Shown: in pieces, positions 1 through 7,662 of the stretch
Position numbering within the stretch: position 1 is the stretch's first letter
Layout: each line of letters opens with the position of its first letter
Source: Candidatus Woesearchaeota archaeon
GTDB taxonomy: Archaea; Nanobdellota; Nanobdellia; Woesearchaeales; UBA583
Length of the DNA stretch: 64,000 bases
Assembly: GCA_965205335.1 (NCBI GenBank)
Contig: OZ242164.1
Span: forward strand, 832,001 to 896,000
Direction of reading: 5' to 3'
Program-made: the position numbers and the translations under genes
The notes under the pieces: model-generated
Database searches by the model: none
Told to the model about the DNA's origin: nothing
Seen by the model: the letters and a program-made list of their open reading frames with translations, nothing else

Positions 1-1
1 G

Positions 2-1297
2 AAACTTCCTCAGAGACCAATAGATTGGAGAGAGACATTCAAAAAAGAATCAAAGCAAATGTTTGAAATAGTAAAGGCGAAGAAACTTTTATCAAAGATA
101 TTTGATTTTAATAGGAAGTACTTATATTGGTCTGAATTGATATATAAGATTGAAGATGAATCTCATAGGAAGTATATCTGGACATTTATGAAATTTTTAC
201 GTTCAGAAAAATATGAAGATTTCAAATTTAATTCAATAAAATTAAAGTATTCTTTAATTGCAGACTTCAATAGAAAATTACATAATTTTGATAAGTTTTT
301 AGCAGGAAATATTGAGATTCAGAGAAAAACATTGGGTTTACAAAAAAGAGATATGATTAGTTCTTTGATGGAGGAAGCTATAGCTTCGAGTGTTATTGAA
401 GGAGCCTCAACAACAAGAAAAGTTGCAAAATCTATGCTTCGGGAAAGAAGAAAGCCTAAAACTGAATCTGAGAAAATGATTGTGAATAATTATGAGGTTA
501 TGCAGTATGTCTTGAGTATTAAGGAAAAAAAATTAACGCCTGAAATATTACTAAACATCCAGAAAATAGTAACTAAAGATACACTTGATAATCCTGCTGA
601 TGAAGGAGCTTTTAGAAACAATAATGATATTTTTGTAGGTCCTCAAGAGGCTATTGCACATATTCCTCCTGATTATAAGAAGATTTCTAATTTAATAGAG
701 AAATTGTGTGATTTTGCAAATAAAGAATCTGATGAATTTATTCATCCAGTAATAAAAGGAATTATATTGCATTTTATGATAGGATATATCCATCCATTTA
801 ATGATGGCAATGGAAGATGTGCAAGAAGTGTGTTTTATTGGTATATGCTATCCCAGAGATACTGGCTTTTTGAGTACATATCAGTTTCAAGAATAATTGT
901 TCGTTCAAGAAAAAAATATGATTTATCTTATCTATATACAGAATATGATGAGATGGATTTGACATATTTTATAAAGTATAACATTGAATGTATAGATGAA
1001 TCTTTAAGTGAATTAATAGAATATATCAAGGTAAAGCAAAAAGAACAAAAGGAAACTAAAGAGATATTATATAAGAATCCTGATTTAAACTTAAGACAAG
1101 CAATGATTCTTGAGGAATTTATGAAAAATACTAATAAGATATTCTTAATTAAAGAAATTTGCGAAACTTATAAGGTTGCTTACCAGACAGCAAGAACCGA
1201 TTTGTTGTTATTAGCAGATAAAAGATTCATAAATAAAAAAATGGCAGGGAGAGCATTTGTATTCTCATTTAATGAAGAAGATGATATTCTCAGTTGA
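2..1297 (+). CDS. Fic family protein (class II, with inhibitory helix) with probable C-terminal wHTH; 5'-partial
   Basis: Fic motif HPFNDGNGRCAR and inhibitory (S/T)xxxEG motif SSVIEG. The frame is open from position 2 (KLPQRPIDW...), so the true start probably lies at or before the window edge rather than at 59. Confidence 0.9.
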   Translation, partial: KLPQRPIDWRETFKKESKQMFEIVKAKKLLSKIFDFNRKYLYWSELIYKIEDESHRKYIWTFMKFLRSEKYEDFKFNSIKLKYSLIADFNRKLHNFDKFLAGNIEIQRKTLGLQKRDMISSLMEEAIASSVIEGASTTRKVAKSMLRERRKPKTESEKMIVNNYEVMQYVLSIKEKKLTPEILLNIQKIVTKDTLDNPADEGAFRNNNDIFVGPQEAIAHIPPDYKKISNLIEKLCDFANKESDEFIHPVIKGIILHFMIGYIHPFNDGNGRCARSVFYWYMLSQRYWLFEYISVSRIIVRSRKKYDLSYLYTEYDEMDLTYFIKYNIECIDESLSELIEYIKVKQKEQKETKEILYKNPDLNLRQAMILEEFMKNTNKIFLIKEICETYKVAYQTARTDLLLLADKRFINKKMAGRAFVFSFNEEDDILS

Positions 1298-1402
1298 AGT
1301 TTAACTATTCAAAAATATATAGATTCCTTACTTTACAGAAGAAATTTTGCTTAGGATATATATCAAAACCTTTAAATAAAATTACTTAGAAATATATTTA
1401 AA

Positions 1403-2128
1403 ATGATTTGGAAAACAAAAATATCGAAAGCTACAAAAAACAAAACAGTGCTTAGAGGTTATGATTTAGATGAATTAACGAAGAAGCTAAATTTCACTCA
1501 GACAATATTTCTAACACTTAAAGGGGAATTGCCAACCAAAAAAGAAGAAAAAATGCTTGACGCAATACTTGTATCATCTGTTGAACATGGAATTGAGCCA
1601 TCATCAATTATCACTGCAAGATGCACAGCGGCCGCAGGCAATCCATTTAATTCATCAGTTGCGGCAGGAATTGGAACATTTGGGAAATATCATGGAGGAG
1701 CAGTTGAAGATTGCGCCAAAATATTAAACCAGAATAAATCTGCAAAAGAAATTGTATCAAAAGCAGTCTCAGAAAAGAAAAGATTATTTGGTTTTGGACA
1801 TAAAATATATACTAAAGACCCAAGAACACAGACATTATTGAAAATCGCAAAAGACAACAAAATCTATGGACAATACTGCAAGAAAGCACAGGAGATTGAA
1901 AAAGAACTTGAGAAGCAAAAAGGGAGAAAACTATGCTTAAACATTGACGGATGCATAGCCGCAATCATCTTGGATATGGGTTTCCCCCAAACTCTTGGCA
2001 ATGCATTCTTTATAATTTCAAGATGTGTTGGAATCTGTGCCCATGTTCACGAAGAACTAACAGAAGAAAAACCAGTAAGAAGATTAGAAGATACAAAATA
2101 CATAGGAAAAAAAAGCAGAAAACTCTAA
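1403..2128 (+). CDS. Citryl-CoA lyase / citrate synthase-family small subunit
   Basis: Citrate synthase-fold motifs EHG, HGGA, GFGHKIY..DPR and LNIDG; 241 aa; WKTKIS N-terminus typical of citryl-CoA lyase. Confidence 0.85.
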   Translation: MIWKTKISKATKNKTVLRGYDLDELTKKLNFTQTIFLTLKGELPTKKEEKMLDAILVSSVEHGIEPSSIITARCTAAAGNPFNSSVAAGIGTFGKYHGGAVEDCAKILNQNKSAKEIVSKAVSEKKRLFGFGHKIYTKDPRTQTLLKIAKDNKIYGQYCKKAQEIEKELEKQKGRKLCLNIDGCIAAIILDMGFPQTLGNAFFIISRCVGICAHVHEELTEEKPVRRLEDTKYIGKKSRKL

Positions 2129-2196
2129 ATTCCATTTCTCAAATTTCTATTGTAGATACCATAATATTTTTAATGCATAAGTTCTCATTTAATATT

Positions 2197-3393
2197 ATGC
2201 CATATAAATATGAGAACGTATATGAATTTGAAGAGGACTCAAAACTCATGTTAAACTGTTCTTTGCGTGAAATTGAAAAAATAAAAAAGAGTAATTTGAA
2301 AATCTGCGAAGTTGGTGTTGGCAGTGGTTTTGTTATTTCAAACATTGCAAAAAAATATTCAAAAAATCATTATTTTGGATGTGATATAAATTCTTACGCA
2401 GTTAATCTAACAAAAGAAGAATCATCAAAAACAGAAGTTAAATTTGAAATATTAGCATCAGATTTGCTTTCAGATTTTAATCAGAGATTTGATATGATTT
2501 TATTTAATGCTCCTTATCTGCCGTTTGAAAATAAAAATGATTCTTTTCAAAATATCTCAATTAAAGATAGGGCAATTTATGGAGGAAAAAAAGGATATGA
2601 AATTGCTTTAAGATTAATATATCAGATAAACGATAAACTAAACAATGAAGGAATCTGTTTAATTATTATAAGTTCTCAAACTAATTTAGATTACATTAAA
2701 GAAAGAATTGAAGAGAATTTTTTTGAGTGTAAATTATTAGAAAATAAAGATTCTTTCTTTGAGAAAATCCATTGCATAAAAATTACCAAATCAGAAATTT
2801 TGAAAGAACTAACAGACAAAGGCATTACACAGATCAAATACTTAGATTGTGGAAAACATTCAAAGGTCTTAGAAGGAGTTTACAGTAAAAATCCAGTAAT
2901 AATTAAAATTGGAAAATCACAGCACATTCAAAAAGAAATCGCCTTTGAGAAGAAACTTCAACAGGAATCCTTTGTTCCAAAGATGTTTCTTTATGAAGAT
3001 AATTTTATTGTTTGTGAAAAAATTGAAGGAGAATTAATCGTTGATTTTTTTGAGAACTGCAAGAGCAAAGAACTTCTAATTAAAATTCTAAATAAAATAT
3101 TAGATGCAACAATAAGACTTGATGAATTTGGAATTAATAAATTTGAAATGATTAATCCATACAAGCATATTTATATTTTAGACAGCGAAGAGATTAAATT
3201 CATTGATTTTGAGAGATGCATTTATACAGACAAACCAAAAAACACAACTCAGGTTCTTGAATTTTTCAGAAGACATTCCAAACAACTTTCAAGAAACAAA
3301 ATAAAAATTGATGAAAATAAAATATTCAGTATTTCAAAAAAATATAAAAAAAAGAATTTCAGGTTTGGAATAGAAGATGTTTTATGTGAATGA
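2197..3393 (+). CDS. HemK2/PrmC-like SAM methyltransferase fused to a COG2112-like atypical Ser/Thr kinase domain
   Basis: VYEFEEDS, EVGVGSG and FNAPY (NPPY-like) motifs; C-terminal GKHSKV..IIKI and IKFIDFER. Start moved from 1951, which overlaps the previous gene, to ATG 2197. Confidence 0.8.
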   Translation: MPYKYENVYEFEEDSKLMLNCSLREIEKIKKSNLKICEVGVGSGFVISNIAKKYSKNHYFGCDINSYAVNLTKEESSKTEVKFEILASDLLSDFNQRFDMILFNAPYLPFENKNDSFQNISIKDRAIYGGKKGYEIALRLIYQINDKLNNEGICLIIISSQTNLDYIKERIEENFFECKLLENKDSFFEKIHCIKITKSEILKELTDKGITQIKYLDCGKHSKVLEGVYSKNPVIIKIGKSQHIQKEIAFEKKLQQESFVPKMFLYEDNFIVCEKIEGELIVDFFENCKSKELLIKILNKILDATIRLDEFGINKFEMINPYKHIYILDSEEIKFIDFERCIYTDKPKNTTQVLEFFRRHSKQLSRNKIKIDENKIFSISKKYKKKNFRFGIEDVLCE

Positions 3394-3422
3394 GGATTAT
3401 ATCTTTAAATTTGCATTTAGTT
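3355..3422. repeat. 68-bp imperfect direct repeat, copy 1 (3' end of HemK-kinase gene plus downstream bases)
   Basis: Aligns without gaps to 5374-5441. Confidence 0.85.
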
Positions 3423-3430
3423 TGAGACAG

Positions 3431-3547
3431 GGCTTTGTACGAAAAGTAACAATTGCTTTAAAAAAGATTAAAACATTATATTATATATTGATAATTTTAA
3501 TTATTTCTAATTTATTATTAATTCTTAATGACTTTTCGTACAAAGCC
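3431..3547. mobile_element. MITE family A, copy 1 (117 bp)
   Basis: 17-bp perfect TIR GGCTTTGTACGAAAAGT; 9-bp TSD TTGAGACAG (3422-3430 and 3548-3556); identical to 5474-5590. Confidence 0.95.
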
Positions 3548-3562
3548 TTGAGACAGAAAAAG

Positions 3563-3570
3563 TTTATAAA
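3563..3570 (+). promoter_or_regulatory. TATA box (TTTATAAA) of the SBP gene, with purine-rich BRE upstream
   Basis: 24 nt upstream of ATG 3595. Confidence 0.7.
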
Positions 3571-3594
3571 AACAAGTACACTTATCACATTACT

Positions 3595-4761
3595 ATGAGA
3601 ATAAATAGAGTCATCATAATATTAATTGTTGGATTGAGTTTGCTCTTCGCTTCTTGTTCCAAGACAACATATACAGAAGTTCCCCAAGAGACTCCTAAAG
3701 TTGTAGAAGAAGAAATATTGGTTGAAGTCCCACTAACAAATGTAGGAGTAATTGCTCCACTTACAGGAAACTCCGCCCTTGATGGACAAGAAACACTAAA
3801 AGTTATACAACTTGCCCAAAGAGTTTTCGGAGAGAAAATAAATCTGATTATAGAAGATGGAAAATGTGAAGGTCCAAAAAGTGAGCAAGCCGCCAACAAA
3901 TTAGTAAATTTAGATGACGTAAAATACATTCTCGGAGGAATTTGTAGTGATGAAACTCTTGCAGCCGCACCTATCGTAGAAGAAGGAAAAGTCATTTTAA
4001 TTTCAAGTGCTTCAACTTCCCCAAAAATTACAAACGCTGGAGAATACATTTTTAGAACAGTCTCATCTGACACTTTCCAAGGAAGAGTTATGGCAGAATT
4101 CTCAAAAAAAATGAGATGGAACAGAATTTTCATCCTATACGAAAATACTAATTACGGACAAGCACTTGCCCAAGTTTTCAAAAATAGTGTTGAAGGGATG
4201 GGAACAGAAGTTACATCCTTTGAAAGTTTCAAAAAAGACGAAACAAATTTCGGGCCAATTATTGAAAAAATCATAAATTCAGAAATTGACGCTCTTTATT
4301 TCGTTCCACAAAATGCCAAAAACGCCCAAACATTTGGAGAACAATTAAGAGAGAAAAATGTAAAGATTCAGATTTTAGCAAGTGAAACATTTGAAAACAA
4401 TGAATTAGCACAAAGTCATGGAGATATCTATGATGGAGCTTTTGTAGCAAGTCCAAAAGTTGATGAAAATTCTCAAAAAGTAAAAGAATTCAAACAGTTA
4501 TGGGAAGAAAATTACGGAGAATTCAAAAATGAAATGGGAACTCTCCTATATTATCTGTCCGCATTTGAAAACTTCAAACTAATTTCCGAAAGCATTGAAA
4601 AGTGTGGAGAAGATACACAATGTGCCAAAGAAAACCTAAACTCCATAGAAAACAGAGAAGGTTACATCGGAACTTACTCAATAGATAAAAACGGAGATGT
4701 CTCAAACACCAAATACAACATCAAACAACTTAAAGAAAACAAATTCCAAATTTACGAATAA
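3595..4761 (+). CDS. Branched-chain amino acid ABC substrate-binding protein (LivJ/LivK-like lipoprotein)
   Basis: Lipobox-like LLFASC; VGVIAPLTG, IIEDGKC, ILGGICS, STSPKITNAGEYIFR motifs. Confidence 0.88.
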   Translation: MRINRVIIILIVGLSLLFASCSKTTYTEVPQETPKVVEEEILVEVPLTNVGVIAPLTGNSALDGQETLKVIQLAQRVFGEKINLIIEDGKCEGPKSEQAANKLVNLDDVKYILGGICSDETLAAAPIVEEGKVILISSASTSPKITNAGEYIFRTVSSDTFQGRVMAEFSKKMRWNRIFILYENTNYGQALAQVFKNSVEGMGTEVTSFESFKKDETNFGPIIEKIINSEIDALYFVPQNAKNAQTFGEQLREKNVKIQILASETFENNELAQSHGDIYDGAFVASPKVDENSQKVKEFKQLWEENYGEFKNEMGTLLYYLSAFENFKLISESIEKCGEDTQCAKENLNSIENREGYIGTYSIDKNGDVSNTKYNIKQLKENKFQIYE

Positions 4762-4978
4762 ACAAATAAATTTTTATTTTTTAATATTTTATGTTAGAAA
4801 ATTACGCATTATATATTATAATAACAATAAATATTTTTCTAATTTTGACAATAGGACAAAACATCACCATCGGAAATTTTGGAAGAGAATTTTCAAAGAA
4901 AATATTGCATAATTACAAACAGCGATGATAAAAAACAAAAAAATTCATTCAAATAAGTTAAAGTGATGCCCACATACA

Positions 4979-5328
4979 ATGGTAAGAATTAATATTATCA
5001 ACCCTGAACTTCTAAGTGATCAGCATCTGATTGATGAGTTTAACGAACTTTTAATGTTTAATCTCATATATCAAAAACTTTATACAAAAGACATCAGCAA
5101 CTTGCAGATGAAATGAAAAAAAGGAAATTTAATCCAACCAAACACAAATTCTGGAGCTTAAATGATTTTCCTATTGAACTTCAAAATGACTGGAAGTCCA
5201 CAAGAGAAGATGAAACTATCATAATTCAGAGAATAATAGAAAAACTTAATGAAAAAAGTGAATGGTATAAATATTATGGGGAGAAGAAAGTAGACAAACT
5301 CCTTATAAAAAAATTAAAAAATTATTAA
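4979..5328 (+). pseudogene. Pyrimidine-dimer DNA glycosylase (T4 endonuclease V-like) pseudogene
   Basis: ATG 4979 reads MVRINIINPELLSDQHLIDEF (compare T4 EndoV MTRINL...LADQHL). The frame then shifts to ...EMKKRKF...NDW...WYKYYG, and the central region is missing. Confidence 0.8.
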
Positions 5329-5373
5329 AATTTCTAAAGATAAACTAAATAATCATAGTAATCAAAACAGAAT

Positions 5374-5441
5374 AATTTCAAGTTTGGAATAGAGGAGGTT
5401 TTGTGTTAATGATAATTATTTCTTTAAATTTATTTTTAGTT
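5374..5441. repeat. 68-bp imperfect direct repeat, copy 2 (diverged duplicate of the kinase gene 3' end)
   Basis: Translates NFKFGIEEVLC* versus NFRFGIEDVLCE* in copy 1. Confidence 0.85.
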
Positions 5442-5473
5442 ATGGGAGTAAATATTTCACATATGAGAGAACA

Positions 5474-5590
5474 GGCTTTGTACGAAAAGTAACAATTGCT
5501 TTAAAAAAGATTAAAACATTATATTATATATTGATAATTTTAATTATTTCTAATTTATTATTAATTCTTAATGACTTTTCGTACAAAGCC
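5474..5590. mobile_element. MITE family A, copy 2 (117 bp)
   Basis: Same sequence as 3431-3547 but with a different 9-bp TSD, GAGAGAACA (5465-5473 and 5591-5599), so an independent insertion. Confidence 0.95.
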
Positions 5591-5760
5591 GAGAGAACAT
5601 AAACTTTTATAAAGTTTGGTTCTAGTGTAAATTCAGTTGGAGATAATTATTAATATTATGTGGGTAGTTTTAAAAAGAATAAAGGTATTAATAAATTATG
5701 AATTGGTTGTATCATAAAAATAAATTAACAAAAAATTTCTATCACAAAACATAAAAAAAG

Positions 5761-7002
5761 ATGTCAGACGAAAAAATACATTACAAAATAAACATTGAAA
5801 GAATAAACTTTCTAATTGACTTCTTTAAAATCACAAAAGAAAAATTCTTAGAATTGACCAATGAAGGATTAAAATCAGATAAAAACAAAATAAAATTTGA
5901 AGACTTTGAAAATAAAATTGAACTATCAAAAATCAAAAGAATAGACAAAATATTCAATAAGGGATTATGCTGGTACATAGACACTGAAAAACCAAACAAA
6001 AAAAATAATTCAAGCATATTCTTTAGAAAAAAAAGTTTCAACTCAAAAATAGGAATTGAAGACATAAAAATAATAGACGAATTTGAAAAAAAAAGAATAC
6101 TAACAAGTATTCTGTGCAATAACATAGACTTTAAACTCCATAGAAAAATCAAAAAATTTGAAGTTAATGATGATGTTAATGAAATTGTAGAAATAGTAAG
6201 ATACAAATTTAAGGAGATTGAAGAAGAACTGATAAAAGAGAAGAAAATAAAAAAAATCCACAACAAAAACACAAAAGAGAATGACAAAAATTACTTAAAG
6301 AACCTATTTAGAATTATTGAAGAATTTAATATATTTGTATTTGAATATTTAGAAAATCACAATAAGAAAGAAAAAGTTAATTTTGAAGGATTTTACATAA
6401 AAAATATCATAGTAGTAAAAAGACAAGAGAATTTAAGAAAAGAGATTTTCACACTGCTTCATGAATTTGCTCATTATCTCCTAGAAGAAGAAGAAATTGA
6501 TGAGAACATAGACAACAACTTAAAGGATATAAAAAATAATAAAGTAGAAAAATGGTGCAATGAATTTGCTTTCAAACTATTATTGGGCGATTACAAAGAG
6601 ACTTTTTATCAAAAACTTCCAAATAAACAAAACAACTTCTGCCAAGAAGAAATCATAAATTTAGTAAAAAAAACATATTTGAACCCAATTTCTTTTTATA
6701 CTAACTTTCTGATAAATAAGAAAATAGATTATAAATATTATACAGACAAAAGAGATGAAATAGACAGAAACTTTAAGAGAAAGATAGAGAGAGAAAAGAA
6801 ACAAAGAAAAGAAGAAAATAAATTGAAAAAATCAAGTGGACAAAAAATTTCTCCTATGATTCCAAAGGAAATAAAATCAGAATTATTTTATGATATTGTG
6901 AAAATAAACTTTGATAGAGGAAAAATTGATGATAGAGATTTCTGTAATTATCTAAACATAAAAAATGAAAAAAGCAGAATGGAGACTTTCTTGTCAAAAT
7001 GA
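5761..7002 (+). CDS. ImmA/IrrE (COG2856-like) metallopeptidase with putative N-terminal HTH
   Basis: FTLLHEFAH (HEXXH) followed by EKWCNEFA. Confidence 0.85.
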   Translation: MSDEKIHYKINIERINFLIDFFKITKEKFLELTNEGLKSDKNKIKFEDFENKIELSKIKRIDKIFNKGLCWYIDTEKPNKKNNSSIFFRKKSFNSKIGIEDIKIIDEFEKKRILTSILCNNIDFKLHRKIKKFEVNDDVNEIVEIVRYKFKEIEEELIKEKKIKKIHNKNTKENDKNYLKNLFRIIEEFNIFVFEYLENHNKKEKVNFEGFYIKNIIVVKRQENLRKEIFTLLHEFAHYLLEEEEIDENIDNNLKDIKNNKVEKWCNEFAFKLLLGDYKETFYQKLPNKQNNFCQEEIINLVKKTYLNPISFYTNFLINKKIDYKYYTDKRDEIDRNFKRKIEREKKQRKEENKLKKSSGQKISPMIPKEIKSELFYDIVKINFDRGKIDDRDFCNYLNIKNEKSRMETFLSK

Positions 7003-7571
7003 AATTTATGATTGACAGAAATTCTTTAATGAACTTAGAGAGATATTATCCATTTGATAAACAACATAATAAAACAGAATACGAAAAATTTAGAACGTTT
7101 TTCAAAAACAAATTCAAAAACAAAGAAATAATTATAATTGACAAAGTTGATAACGAAGGAATAAAGATGATTAAAAAAGAGTTTGAAATAGACAATAGAG
7201 TCATTACAAACACTGAAAATATCTTAGATACTTTAAATGAAATTTCCAATAATGAAAAAAATATAAACATCAATCACAATTTAAATAGTGAAGCAGAAAT
7301 TGAAAGAACAAAAGAAGATGAAAGAGAAAACAAAGTGGATTTAAGTTTAATCGCTTATTGTGTATATTTAAAAAGACAAAAGAAGTTAATTAATGAGGAA
7401 GTTATTCTAATTACAGATGAGACTAAAAATGAGAAATACAATACAAAACTATACAAGAAAATTCCTAATATTTGTAAGAACTATAGTATTGAATGTAAAA
7501 ATCTTCCTTATTTGATATTTGAATTTTTCAGAGATGAAATTCAATTTAAAATAAATCTTAACCAAAAATAA
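6999..7571 (+). CDS. DUF4411-like PIN-domain protein
   Basis: MIDRNSL..RYYPFD, VDLSLIAY, LITDE and KIPNICK motifs; ATGA overlap with the ImmA gene. Confidence 0.75.
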   Translation: MKFMIDRNSLMNLERYYPFDKQHNKTEYEKFRTFFKNKFKNKEIIIIDKVDNEGIKMIKKEFEIDNRVITNTENILDTLNEISNNEKNININHNLNSEAEIERTKEDERENKVDLSLIAYCVYLKRQKKLINEEVILITDETKNEKYNTKLYKKIPNICKNYSIECKNLPYLIFEFFRDEIQFKINLNQK

Positions 7572-7662
7572 AAATGTATGGTATTTTTCGCATTAATCTC
7601 TGTAATTTTTCCATACAATTCACCTAATCATTTTATATAAATTTATAAAGATTTAAATTTTA

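Noticed and set aside
1951-2196. Long N-terminal extension of the HemK-kinase ORF
   Set aside because: It overlaps the citryl-CoA lyase gene in another frame; homology starts at about 2197.
3377-3598. 73-aa hydrophobic ORF
   Set aside because: It runs through the AT-rich MITE; a chance reading frame.
4697-4912. 71-aa ORF
   Set aside because: Overlaps the SBP 3' end, low complexity and no motif.
3431-5590. Repeats considered as a CRISPR array
   Set aside because: Only two 117-bp copies with TIRs and TSDs, and no regular repeat-spacer pattern.
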